This document shows, piece after piece, positions 38,228-50,642 of a stretch of 50,769 bases of DNA. The translations under genes and the position numbers were made by a program. The stretch's first letter is position 1; the number at the start of each line of letters is the position of its first letter. Source of the DNA: Octopus sinensis (taxonomy: Eukaryota). Where the stretch lies: contig NW_021834276.1 in assembly GCF_006345805.1 (NCBI RefSeq), positions 1-50,769 of the forward strand, written 5' to 3'. Under the pieces are notes generated by a model that was not told where the DNA came from, made no database searches, and saw only the letters and a list, made by a program, of their open reading frames with translations.

Positions 38228-39421
38228 TATAGAAAAGTATTTAGTTGTATCTATAAAATCAATTGCAAGCTTTGATTATCATTGTCTATTTTATAGTTTA
38301 AGTATTGTTAACTTGATGAAATAGATAGAAGACAAAACAAAATTCTGTTTTAGATGAGATTTGTGAAACAAAAATCTAATGACTAGTATCATAATCTATT
38401 GTTTATTTTTCTACTGTATTTTCCAGCATATAAGTCAACATAGTATATAGTGTAAACATTCAAACATCATCACTAACTTTCCAAATCCTGCTGCAATTTT
38501 TGGTCCTCCAGAATTCAAATTGCTACATCAGGCAAGATACTTTTCCTGGCTGTAGAATTTTGGTCCGAAAAATTCAACTTGAATGTCAGAAAATATAATA
38601 CCTGTATTTAACTGAATTGAAAAATGCAACAACTTATAAAAGAAAGGTAAAATAAAAGCAAACAAAAATTGGGTTTAAAATGTGTAGAATTTGGCAGTTT
38701 ATATTTTACTTTACTTGGTGTTATTTCACATGTACATTATAACAAAAAGATGATGAATAAGACAACATGAAGCAATGAGTGCCTCTAATAGATATATATA
38801 GCTATGTGTGTATATATAGCAGAAAATCAAAGATGTAACTGCTAGAGAATGAAAGAGATGTACTAGCACCCAGCTAGTACTCATTTTCAGCTCAGTAGAC
38901 TTGAGCAACATGAAATGAGGTGTCTTGCTGAAGGACAGACACCACCCTACCTCAGTCCTTATGATATTGAGACTAGCACCCAAGCCACTAGGCAACAATA
39001 ACAACAACAACAATAGTAATTTTTAATGTAAGCACAAAGGTCACAGATTTGATCAGGAAAGTATAGCTGTTTCAATTAAATCCAGAATGTTATTTTATTC
39101 CAATTAGCCTGGAGTTATGAGAGAAGACACTTGCCCAAGGTGCTGTGAGGTGGGACTGAGCCCAAGGCCGTATGGCTCAGAAATAATCTTTCAAACTCAC
39201 AGCCATATCTGTGCCTAATTTCAGCATGCAGTGACTCTAATTGAGACACATTTATTCTTTCCCCCCTCCATTTTTTTCTTTCTTCATCTATACTTTTTGT
39301 AGAAGAGTGTATGCTCAAAAAATAAAGACTTCTAATTTTTCCTAAAAGTAAACCTAATATACCATGTTTGTTTCACTTTATATATTGTTATTTTATATAT
39401 GTTGATATATATATATGTATG

Positions 39422-39424
<3 letters not shown>

Positions 39425-39484
<60 letters not shown>

Positions 39485-39502
39485 GTAGTAGTAGTAGTAG
39501 TA
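39425..39502. repeat. (AAT)n(AGT)n compound microsatellite
   Basis: Seen directly; it explains the poly-Ile ORFs. Confidence 0.95.
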
Positions 39503-39648
39503 GGGAATATAATTTCAAACTTAGAGGGAAAATTCAATTTAGCAATTCTAAATCTAATTTTCGCAATATATAATATATATGGATAATGTCTTTCTCTATT
39601 GAATTGCTTAATAGAGGTTATTTCTCTTAATAATAAACAATATATTAT

Positions 39649-39705
<57 letters not shown>

Positions 39706-39720
39706 ATATATATACATACA

Positions 39721-39811
<91 letters not shown>

Positions 39812-40479
39812 ATATTTATATGCATTTATTTATTGATTAGAGTATTAAGACAATATGTTCATGGATAGTTTGTAAATAATATTTACTCAAGTACATTTTA
39901 TACATGTATATTTAAACAGGTTGAGCAAGTAAGGTTCATAGTTTAGCCACAAAGTTTTATCTACAGAACACATTGAACAAAAACTGAACTAGTTTTTCCT
40001 AACATTAGATTTTCCAACTCATTAAGAGTGTTTACTTAGTAATCTGTGATAATGACAAATGCAATGATACATAATATACATACATGTATATATATACATA
40101 CATGTATATATCTGTATGGTTATGTATATACATATATGTATATACATAAATGTGTATGTGTATATATATATATATATAATATATATATATGTCTGTGTGT
40201 GCATATGTGCACGTACATATATACAAACATGTATATACTGGCACATATATATTTGTGTTTATACACACACTCACATGATGTGTATATCATCTTTTATTCA
40301 TTCATATAGATCCCAGTATTTATTTCATCAGTCTTTTACATTTATCAGACGAGAAGACACAATCTCTAATGTGATGCTGAGTACCTTTTGATGTAAAGCA
40401 ACACATCTCAATGCTTTCTTTTAGAACAGCTCACCTATATATAGTTTGATAATAGAGTTTATTATAAGTAAAATTATTA

Positions 40480-40755
40480 TATTATTTATATCTTAAAAAT
40501 ATTGTTTAAATATTTCTTATTATATTTTAGATATTTCAATTACCTGAAGATAGATTGTAACCATAACTCAAATTATTACGAATTGGACAGCCATGAAACG
40601 ATCGTAGTGTTTTACTTATTATCTTTTATTAAACTTTTAATACTTTTGATATATATTTAAAATAATATAAATAAATTAATTTTATGTATTGGCTTAAGTT
40701 TTTCATTGTTTGATTTGCCTAATAGTGGTTTTATCTCTAATTTAATATAATATAT
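40480..40755 (+). mobile_element. Probable Penelope-like terminal remnant with a degenerate hammerhead
   Basis: TAC-CTGAAGA (40544-40550)...GAAAC-GATC-GTA-GTG (40595-40609) with decayed stem II. The downstream part equals the arm of the 25650-25858 palindrome. Confidence 0.55.
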
Positions 40756-40766
40756 ATATATATATA

Positions 40767-40967
40767 TAGTTAATCCAAACAAGAAAACACAAAGAGAAAA
40801 CACAACAACGCGAGGACATGGAACAAATATAGTATTATTGGACGCTCAGGAAAGAAGGAGGGTTTAACGTTTCGAGCGGAGTTCTTTGTCGGAAACATAG
40901 GAGAAGGAAAGATCCAGAGAAGGGAAGACAGCGAAAAAAAAAATCGCCAACGGTACACACGCGGTCA
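40767..40967 (-). mobile_element. Probable Penelope-like terminal remnant with a degenerate minimal hammerhead
   Basis: Minus strand 40897-40861: GTTT-CCGACAA-A-GAAC-TCC-GCTC-GAAACGTT-AAAC. Confidence 0.5.
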
Positions 40968-41014
40968 TACATACACATATACATGCATGTATACATGTAC
41001 TCATATGCATGTAG

Positions 41015-41171
41015 TCCACTCTGTAAATTGGCTGGTATTAGGAAGGGCATCCAACCATAAAAACCCTGCAAAAACAGACAGTGAAGCCTGGTGCAGTCTT
41101 TTGCTTAGCCAGCCCCTGTCAAACCGTCCAACCCATTCCAGCATGGCAAACAGACGTTAAAGGATGATGAT
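41015..41171 (+). mobile_element. RTE-type 3' end
   Basis: TTAGGAAGGGCATCCAACC...CAACCCATTCCAGCATGGCAAACAGACGTTAAAGGATGATGAT. Confidence 0.75.
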
Positions 41172-41308
41172 GTGTATACTTCCTCATGTGTATCAGTAAC
41201 CAATATTTTTTGCTACATAAAATTAACATTCAGTTCCTTTATCCACTCCTTGTTGACTTGCATGCAAACCATTCCGAGATGTAAACACCTGCTATATATT
41301 GTGTCACT

Positions 41309-41553
41309 TAAGGCAACGAGCAGGCAGAAACGTTAGCACACCTGGCGAAATGCGTAGCCGTATTTCGTCTGCCATTATGTTCTGAATTCAAATTCCGCCG
41401 AGGTCGACTGTGCCTTTCATCCTTTCATGGTCGATAAATACAGTACCAGTTTTGCACTGGGGTCGATGTAATCGACTTACACCCTTTGTCTGTCCTTGTT
41501 TGTCCCCTTGTGGGTCTGTCCTTGTTTAGCCCCTTGTGGGCAGTAAAGAAATA
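41309..41553 (+). mobile_element. SINE family A, full length with 16-bp TSD
   Basis: TSD TATATATTGTGTCACT at 41293-41308 and 41554-41569; small internal duplication near the 3' end. Confidence 0.9.
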
Positions 41554-42047
41554 TATATATTGTGTCACTAGACAGGCAACTGCCTTTAGTGCAACAGTGG
41601 CTGACAAGTTGAATAGTAAGTAAAACATACACATGCACTGTAAAGTTATTTATAGTATATATTCTGTATTTCCTTTGAGGTATATTTGATGTCCACCCAT
41701 CTCTTGTTTTTAAAATTTGGATAAGCATAATCATAGCACTGATAACTGGTGAGTCTTTGTGTTACTTTACAAATTAAATGTCATTAAGTGTGCACATCCA
41801 GGACTTATATGAACTAAAATGATAGCGTTTAGAGGTTCATATGCATATGTCTTATTTGTACATACATACATACATATATATATATGTGTGCATAAGTAAA
41901 TAACTAATCTATATGTGTGTATATACATATATGCTTGTGTGAGAATGTGTGTGTGTATACATATATATATCTATGTCTCTATCCATCTTTCTTTGTCTGT
42001 CTGTCTCTCAGTATGTGTGTATATATATATAATATATATATACACAT

Positions 42048-42200
42048 ACACATACTGAGAGTAAAAAGACAACAAGAAAAAAAATAACAGGTGAGGATGT
42101 GGTACAGGCAAAATATTAATAAGATATTCAGTGGCTCAGAGAAGGAAAGAAGGGGTGTTTTACATTCTGAGCAAAGCTCTTCTTCAGCAAAACACTTGTT
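42048..42200 (-). mobile_element. Probable Penelope-like terminal remnant with a degenerate minimal hammerhead
   Basis: Minus strand 42195-42155: GTGTTTTG-CTGAAGA-A-GAGC-TTT-GCTC-AGAATGTA-AAACAC; architecture similar to 40767-40967. Confidence 0.5.
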
Positions 42201-42269
42201 CCTATCCCTCTTTCACACTTTCATCCCCTACTACAATATTGCAAGAGAGATCTTGTCGTGTGTATACTT

Positions 42270-42470
42270 GGTGGCCTCACCAGTGCTAGAGCCATGATAA
42301 AGCACCCAGTATACTCCGTAAAGTGGTTGGCATTGGGGAGAGCATGCAGCTGTGGAAAGCATACCAAAGAAGACATTAGGGTTTGGCACAGTCCTTAGAC
42401 TTGTTGGTTTCTGTCAAACTCTCAAACCCATACCAACATGGAAAAGGGGATTATGATCATCATGATGATA
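42270..42470 (+). mobile_element. RTE-type 3' end, degenerate
   Basis: AAAGCACCCAG...GTGGTTGGCATTGGGGAGAGCATGCAGCTG...AACCCATACCAACATGGAAAA...GATGAT. Confidence 0.65.
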
Positions 42471-42484
42471 TGTACATACAGCAT

Positions 42485-42832
42485 CCTCATCATCATCATT
42501 TAACGTCCGCTTTCCATGCTAGCATGGGTTGGACGATTTGACTGAGGACTGGCAAACCAGATGGCTGTGCCAGGCTCCAATCTGATCTGGTGGAGTTTCT
42601 ACAGCTGGATGCTCTTCCTAATGCCAACCACTCCAAGAGTGTAGTGGATGTTTTTACATGCCACTGGCACGAGGGCCAATCTGGTGGTACTGGCAACGGC
42701 CACGCTCGAAATGGTGTTTGTTATGTGCCACCTGCACAGGAGTCAGTCCAGTGGGACTGGCAATGACTTCGCTTGAATGTTTTGTTCATGTGCCACCAGC
42801 ACAAGTGCCAGTAAGGTGACACTGGTAACGAT
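42485..42832 (-). mobile_element. RTE-type 3' end
   Basis: (CAT)n-TTAACGTCCGCTTTCCATGCTAGCATGGGTTGGACG...GCTGGATGCTCTTCCTAATGCCAACC; tail-to-tail with the preceding copy. Confidence 0.8.
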
Positions 42833-43246
42833 ATGATATTCTCCTGCAGTTTCTGTTGACCAATTTCTTCTTAGAATGTATTGGTTAACCCATGGTCCAG
42901 GTGCCACAGAGTGAGATTGAATCCCTACATTGTATTATCTCATCTATAAAGTTTTTTTGATCTTAAATTTATCAAAAACTATTGCTTCTCACATTCCTTC
43001 TTATTCGAAAGCTATTTGTGACTAGTTCTCCCTTTTTCTTTCTTCCTATTTGTGTACGTATAAGCCTCAAAATATGTGTATGTGTGTGTATTTAAATATT
43101 CTGCATGTAGATTAGTGAAAATATATGAAATTACTTATAAGCATGTGTGTGTGTTTGTAATTGAGACTATGAAGCATGATGTGTATGTGAGCATATGCAA
43201 ATTTGTATAGTAACCGACGCATGCCAGCATGGAATATTGGTGCTAA

Positions 43247-43689
43247 ATGATGATGATGATGATGAAGATATGATGATGTGCATACCTATTTCAGTGTGTG
43301 TGTGTGTGCCTGAGAGCATGAAGATGAGCAAAAGTGTTTTCGTGTTTGTGTGTTTGTCTGTGTATATGTTCGTGTGCATCAATGTTTGCATGTGTGTTTG
43401 TGTGTGTCTGTGTGTCCATAAAATACATTTGTATAGTTATCTCTATATAAGTTTACATCTTACATGATGATGATGAAGATATGATGATGTGCATACCTAT
43501 TTCAGTGTGTGTGTGTCTGAGAGCATGAAGGTGAGCAAAAGTGTTTTCGTGTTTGTGCATCTGTTTGTGCATATGTTTGTGTGCATCAATGTTTGCACAT
43601 GTGTTTGTGTGTGTCTGTGTGTCCATGAAATACATTTGTATAGTTATCTCTATATAAGTTTACATCTTACATGATGATGATGATGAAGA
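43247..43689. repeat. Tandem duplication (217 + 207 bp) bounded by (ATG)n tracts
   Basis: Units 43247-43463 and 43464-43670, with a third (ATG)nAAGA start at 43671. Confidence 0.92.
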
Positions 43690-44137
43690 ACAAAGATGGT
43701 GTGTGTGTGTGTGTGTGTGTGCGTGTGCATGTGTGAGTGTGTGTGTGTGTGTCTGTACATGTGCATGTGTGTACACACTCACATGTATATGCAGATGAGA
43801 TGGTGCAACAAAATCTGTGTGTGTGTGTCTGTTGTGCATGTACTAATCAATGCACATGCATGTACCACAGACACACAAACACGTGTTCAAAACACGGTAG
43901 TTCACGTTGCCACTGCTTCTGCATCTGTGACATCATGTTACACAGTGAGAAGACGTTACATGGCACCGTCAGAATGTTTGTTTGTTTGTTAGTCTCTTAG
44001 TTAATCATCCCACTCTCATCATCCATCCGCATCTCTGATACTATAGAAGTCCGCCGATAGTTTGTATTGTAACATCAGTCTGGATGAGGTTGATCACTAC
44101 TTTTTCTCTCATCACTTTATCAATCCCACCATTCACC

Positions 44138-44322
44138 ATCCACCACCACCACCACCACCACCACCACCACCACCACCACCAAAAACCACCACCACCACCA
44201 CCACCACCACCACCACCAAAAACTACCACCACCACCAAAAACCACCACCACTACCACCACCACCACCACCACCACAAACCACCACCACAATCAGCATTGT
44301 CATCATCATCATCATCATCATT
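44138..44322. repeat. (CCA)n-(CAT)n trinucleotide tract
   Basis: Seen directly; it explains the poly-P/H/T/W/G ORFs. Confidence 0.95.
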
Positions 44323-44726
44323 ATTGTCGTTATGGACAAAATGCCATGAGTTGGAATGTTTTTCTTTTATTATTATTTAGTTACTTCCCTTTACATTCTG
44401 ATTTCAATTTCCGTTGAGGTCGACTTTTCCATGTTTCCTTCTCGGGTTCAGTAAAATAAAGAAGCAGCCAAAACTAATTGACTGAACCCCTCACCCTTCA
44501 GATATTAAAGTCATTTAAAGAACGTAGGTGGATCGAACCACTAGAGTGTTGAGAAAAGTGCCTGGTATCATTTCTTCTGGGTTCTATAACGTTCTGGGTT
44601 CAAATCCCACCAGGATCAGTTGTACTTTTCTATTTTTATTCCTCCAATGGTGACAAAATAAAGTATACATACATATATACATACATGGATGCATGCATAC
44701 ATACATACATACATATAAATATATAT

Positions 44727-44959
44727 ATATTTCTTTACTACCCACAAGGGGCTAAACACAGAGGAACAAACAGGGGACAGACAAATTATTATCAATTACA
44801 ATACCTCGACCCCAGTGCGTAACTGGTACTTATTTATCGACCCCGAAGGATGAAAGGCAAAGTCGACCTCGGCGGAATTTGAACTCAGAACGTAACAGCA
44901 GATGAAATACGGCTACGCATTTCGCCCGGCGTGCTAACGTTTCTGCCAGCTCGCCGCCT
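44727..44959 (-). mobile_element. SINE family A, full-length copy
   Basis: Reverse complement of 4940-5166. Confidence 0.85.
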
Positions 44960-45230
44960 ATATATATAAATATATATATACAAATAAATACACATATATT
45001 TACTAATATATATATATCTATATAAGTAATACTTGTAGCCGCTTCAACATGGCTGTCCATTCGAATGGACTCTACTGCAACGTTTTTAACCCCAAGAGGA
45101 CATCTCCTCAAGCTGATTAACTAGCATTTTTGTTTATATCAATATGCAAAAACATAAATAAATATATATATCTATATATGTACACACACATCCAGGCAGT
45201 TGGCTCATATATATATATTCTTTTATACTC

Positions 45231-45567
45231 TTACTCTTTTATTTGTTTCAGTCATTTGACTGCGGCCATGCTGGAGCACCACCTTGAAGGGGTTTCTAGT
45301 AAAAAAAAATCAACCTCGGGACTTATTTTTTGTAAACCTAGCACTTATTCTATTGGTCTATTTTGCTGAACCGCTAAGTTAAGGGGACATAAACATACCA
45401 TCATTAGTTGTCAAGCAATGACAGTTGTGACAGACACAGATACAGATAAATACACACACACACACACAAACACACATATATACGGTGGGCTCCTTTCAGT
45501 TTCCACAAAGTGGGACAGAACCTGGAATTATGTGGTTGGGAAGCAAGTTTCTTACCATACAGCCATG

Positions 45568-45568
<1 letters not shown>
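45231..45568 (-). mobile_element. SINE family B, internally deleted copy
   Basis: GTTTCAGTCATTTGACTGCGGCCATGCTGGAGCACC...TTCAGTTTCC|ACAAAGTGGGACAGAACC, with the CORE-like part missing. Confidence 0.78.
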
Positions 45569-45608
<40 letters not shown>

Positions 45609-45725
45609 TATTTTTATATAAGCTTAAAGCTTATGTAAAAATATCCATTATTATTATTTACAGGATTGTAAACTCACCATTGTATAAAAAATACCATTTG
45701 CACCGAGAGTATATCTCTTTTTTTT

Positions 45726-46124
45726 TTTTACCTGTTTCAGTCATTTTGACTGCGGCCATGCTGGAGCACTGCCTTTAATCGAGCAACTCGACCCTGGGAC
45801 TTATTCTTTGTAAGCCCAGTACTTATTCTATCTGTCTCTTTTGCCGAACCGCTAAGTGACGGGGACGTAAACACACCAGCATCGGTTGTCAAGCAATGCT
45901 AGGGGGGACAAATACAGACACATAACCATACACGCGCACACATATATATATACATATATACGATGGGCTTCTTTTAGTTTCCATCTACCAAATCCACTCA
46001 CAAGGCTTTGGTCGGCCTGAGGCTATAGTAGAAGACACTTGCCCAAGGTGCAACGCAGTGGGACTGAACACAGAACCATGTGGTTGTTAAACAAGCTACT
46101 TATCACATAGCCACTCCTGCGCCT
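45726..46124 (-). mobile_element. SINE family B, full-length copy
   Basis: High similarity to 37832-38227; contains GACACTTGCCCAAGG. Confidence 0.85.
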
Positions 46125-46466
46125 ATATATATATATATTTAAATAAATAAGGAGATGGATATATCTTAAGGTTTTGTTATTTCAGTTATTTATAGAGTAT
46201 ATTTTCCTTTTTTAAAGGTTCAAACAGAATATAATATATGAATGATTGTAATAACAAGAACTGTGTAGATGTATACTTCTTATTAATTTGAATTGTCTTA
46301 GATATACAATTAGGAAACTGTTTAAAATCCAATGAAGCAATCCTGGGATTTACTCAATGAGTGAAATACATTGGGGTTGTTTGTTTATCTTAAATAGTCC
46401 CGGGGTATTCCATATCATTCGATGCTGTTAGCCAGAATTTGACTTATAATAAAGTGCTTGAGTGGT

Positions 46467-46629
46467 AGCTGTATAGATATGATTGTGTGGTAAGTAGCTT
46501 GCTTCCCAAAAACATGGTTCTAGGTTCAGTCCCACTGCACAGCAACTTGAGCAAGTGTTTTCTCCAATAGCCTCAGGCCAACCGAAGCTTTGTGAGTGAA
46601 TTTGGTAGATGGAAATTGAAAGGAGTCTG

Positions 46630-46694
<65 letters not shown>

Positions 46695-46898
46695 TAATTT
46701 AGGGTATCTAAGAGATACCACCATGCTTAGATATCCTAAATTATAATTTTAATAATAATTAGTACATTTGAAGGTTTTATTATTCCCATGCTGGGCCACT
46801 TGATAAGTTCAATATCTAAATATGATCTTATCCTTATTTATATAAATATTATATATATATGTGTTTTGTGTGTATTGTATTATATATAGATAATATCT

Positions 46899-46940
<42 letters not shown>

Positions 46941-46974
46941 ATAATATATTATTATATGTATATATACATGTATG

Positions 46975-47022
<48 letters not shown>

Positions 47023-47580
47023 GAAGAAATGAGGTAATCAAAGATCGGATTGTTTGTATTTACAGATATTTATTTATTTATATATTACATTTTTTACATA
47101 TATATCATATCACTTAGTTCAGTAGCGCTTTCTCCCATTCTAGTGGGGTTTTCAAATGAAAATAAGTATGTATATATATATATATATATATATATAAATA
47201 CATATATATATATATTTATATGTATTAAAAAATTTTTTTTTTTTTCAGTCATTTGACTGTGGCTGTATGTATGTATGTATGTATGTATGTATGTATGTAT
47301 GTATGTATGTATGTATGTATGTATGTATGTATGTATGTATATATATATATATGTATGTATGTATGTATGTATCTATCTATCTATCTGTATGTGTCCTGGC
47401 CATCATCACTTGACAACTGGTGTTGGTGTGTTCCAATCCTTGTAACTTAGAATAAACATCAGGCTTTAAAAAAAAAAAGACCTGGGGTCAGTTTGTTTGA
47501 CTAAAACCCTTCAAAGTGCTGGTCCACCGTAACCAGAGTCAAATGACCAAAACAAGTAAAAGAATAAGAGAATGAAAGTA
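46467..47580 (+). mobile_element. SINE family B split by about 750 bp of microsatellite and other sequence
   Basis: 5' half 46467-46632 (GGTAGCTG...GGTTCAGTCCC...TTGAGCAAGTG...GGAAATTGAAAGGAG) and 3' half about 47385-47580 (CATCACTTGACAACTGGTGTTGG...CAAATGACCAAAACAAGTAAAAG). Confidence 0.7.
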
Positions 47581-47749
47581 TATACATGTATATAAATACA
47601 TGCACACACATATATGTATACATATACATCTGTGTACACATATATGTGTAAAGGCACATATATCTATATATACACATATATATATGTAATATACATATAT
47701 ATATCAATATATATGTATATGAATATATATATATATATATATATATATC

Positions 47750-47920
47750 CTCATCATTGTCATTTAATGCACACTCTCCATACAGGCATGGGTTGGACGG
47801 TTTGACTGAGGACTGGGAAGCTAGGAACTGTACCAGGATCCATTCTGCTCTGGCAAGGTTTCCACAGCTGGATGTCCTTCCTAACACCAACCACTCCGAG
47901 AGTGTAGTGGGTGCTTTTTA
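47750..47920 (-). mobile_element. RTE-type 3' end
   Basis: GGCATGGGTTGGACGGTTTGACTGAGGACTGG...CAGCTGGATGTCCTTCCTAACACCAACCACTCCGAGAGTGTAGTGGG. Confidence 0.78.
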
Positions 47921-49259
47921 TGTATATGTGTGTGAGTGTGTGTGTGTATATATATATGCACACACACACACATATAAATATAATATATATATATATATAT
48001 GTACATATAAATAATATATAATTATATATATATATATATACATACATACACACATACATTCATATATATATATAGTAGTTATATATATATATATATATAT
48101 ATCACGAATACATGTACATATATATATATATATAGTATGAATATATATATATTATATATATATATATATATGAATATGTATATATATATTAAATTTATGT
48201 CTGAATATATGTATGTACAAATATATATCAATATGAATATATATATACATATCTATATGAATATACATACATATCTATATATATATATAATATACATATG
48301 AACATATATATACAATTATGTATGAATATATATATATATGCTTGTATATATATTTATACATACATATATATGTATATATGCATATATATATATATATTCG
48401 AATCTATGCATACATACATACATGCATATATACACTCACTTATATATAGCCTTATGTGCGTCTATTTGTACATGTGTGTGTATACATGCACACAGAAACG
48501 CACCCACACATCCATATAAACAATTTAACATAGACCTACACACACATGCATTGACACAGACACACCCACACACACATGCACATACACATATATATATAAG
48601 TGCGACGATTTACAAACGCAGTTTATGTGTATCTTCACCAAATACAAACACAATTTTGTTGGTATAACAAGTTAATGAACCAAACTATCTTACAGGTATG
48701 TATACTAACAGACGTCAAGGTCTGACAAACAAGGCTAACCTCCCTTACTCCAGTGGTGTTGGAGATTTGAAGGCAATACTGCACAGCAATGCTGTTAGTC
48801 AAGTACTGTACCAATTCTGTTTCTTACACACGGACACAAACAAAAAATTCACACACACACAAATGCAGTACAAGAGAGAATGAGAAGGAGGTGGAATGAT
48901 AAAGAGATGGAGACAAAGGGAGAGAAGGATACAGAGGAGGTTGACTTCAAGTCTACTAGTTCTGAATAAAATATGTACTTTTATACAAGTGCCATTCGGA
49001 TGGTGGGTGGCAGTTATAAATCCTGATTTCAACCCTCAGCCAGAATGTGTTAATATATATCTGTATACATATACAATAATAATATAGTAAATATAGAATA
49101 TATATGGGTGTGTGATTAAAATGTTTGCTTTGTAAACATATGGTTTGGGGTTCAGTCCCACTATACAGCACCTTGGGGAAGTGTCTTCTGCCATAGCCCA
49201 GTGGTATGTGTGTGTGAATGTGTGTGTGTGTGTGTGTGTGGTGTGTGTGTGTGTGTGTG

Positions 49260-49603
49260 TAAGCATGTGTGCATGCATGTGTGTATGTGTGCATGTATGT
49301 GTGTAAATGTGTGTGTGTGCGTGTGTGTGTGTAAGTATATGTGCATGCATGTGTGTATGTGTGCATTTATGTGTGTAAATGTGTGTGTGGGTGTGTGTGT
49401 GAATGTGTGTGTGTGTAAGTATATGTGCATGCATGTGTGTATGTGTGCATTTATGTGTGTAAATGTGTGTTGTGGGTGTGTGTGTGTGTAAGTATATGTG
49501 CATGCATGTGTGTATGTGTGCATGTATGTGTGTAAATGTGTGTGTGTGTGTGTGTGTAAGTATGTGTGCATGCATGTGTGTATGTGTGCATTTATGTGTG
49601 TAA

Positions 49604-49634
<31 letters not shown>

Positions 49635-49705
49635 TGTGTAAGTATATGTGCATGCATGTGTGTATGTGTGCATGTATGTGTGTAAATGTGTGTGTGTGTG
49701 TGTTT
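49260..49705. repeat. (TG)-derived minisatellite, 6 units of about 68-84 bp, inside a SINE family B remnant
   Basis: TAAG(T/C)AT(A/G)TGTGCATGCATG-type unit starts at 49260, 49332, 49416, 49489, 49557 and 49639. The SINE 5' half is at about 49120-49200 and the 3' half at about 49725-49840. Confidence 0.85.
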
Positions 49706-50269
49706 GTGTGCATGTGTGTTTGTATCTTGGTTTGCTCCATCCCTTAATAACCAGTGTTGTTTTGTTTTCATCTCTGTAACTTACTTACCAGTTCAGCAAA
49801 AGTGACCAATTGAATAAGTAGCAGAGTTAAGAAAAAAAACCCCCAAAAAATGAACAAGTTTTGTACATACTCAATGTAAGCTGTTAACAAGTTCAGACAA
49901 CAGACAGTGTTATGTTACATAACATTGTTGTGGTTATTGTTTAGCTCCAGTGTAAGAATCATGATCGAAGACAATCTGGGCATGACTTCCCTGACTTCTT
50001 TACGGGTATATCTAGAATTATGCTATCAAATATATCATTTCCTTACTTATAATGATTGGGTGTGATTTGAAGGTGGTTTAGCTGCTATTTCTAGCAGGTC
50101 TTAGTAACCAAATAGAGGCTGATCTGTTGTCTCAAGTTGTTGCCATTTAGCTGCCAGTCAGTTGTGGCTGAGTAGACCTATAAGCGAAATCATTGCTGTT
50201 GAGGCCATACTGTCTTTTACCTTCTTGAAGAATCACATATATAAAACAGCATATACATTGTAGAAGTAA

Positions 50270-50475
50270 CCCCTTAGCATTTACACTGACCATATCTGGC
50301 CAAAATATTCAATCTCTGTGTCCAAAGTAGCTAGATCTGGCTTCTCACACCTACCCTACAATGTCATTCAAAAAACAATATCACGTTATCAATGTCTCAA
50401 AGCTATGAGGTAATGCTTGATTAATTCAAAACAATCTGAATGGATAAACATTACATTTGACAACGGATTAAATAT
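50270..50475 (-). mobile_element. piggyBac-type MITE, degenerate copy
   Basis: CCCCTTAGCATTTA...AGATCTGGCTTCTCACACCTACCCTACAATGTCATTC. Confidence 0.65.
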
Positions 50476-50642
50476 CTTTCAGAAAGCTGGGTAAGACTTA
50501 AGGGATATTTGGTGACTATTTCTTGCAGGTTTATAACCACCGAGAGTTTTTTTTTTTTTCTTATTGCTGATGTAAACATCAGCAGTGCTTGATGAGGCAG
50601 TGTTTGTAGTGTTAGGTGATGGTAGTAGCCGTGCTGTCTCCA

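Noticed and set aside
38427-38660. Strong acceptor TTTTCCAG and protein-like stretch NFPNPAAIFGPPEFKLL
   Set aside because: Stops occur in all frames after the acceptor, and no consistent exon is found on either strand.
44041-44380. Poly-Pro/His/Thr and poly-Gly/Trp ORFs
   Set aside because: These are the reading frames of a (CCA)n tract, with no complex flanking coding sequence.
45035-45125. Minus-strand TTGAGGA...GAAGC sequence resembling a hammerhead and sharing GGACAGCCATG with 40585
   Set aside because: The core is too degenerate (both CUGA and GAAA are altered) to count as a ribozyme motif.
20252-47815. Other CTGANGA heptamers (for example 2920, 20252, 22689, 31293, 36364, 42542, 47805)
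   Set aside because: They have no appropriately paired stem II followed by GAAA, and most lie inside transposase or RTE sequence, so chance matches are likely.
49036-49740. 234-aa His/Thr-rich ORF
   Set aside because: It is the translation of the (CA)-derived minisatellite.
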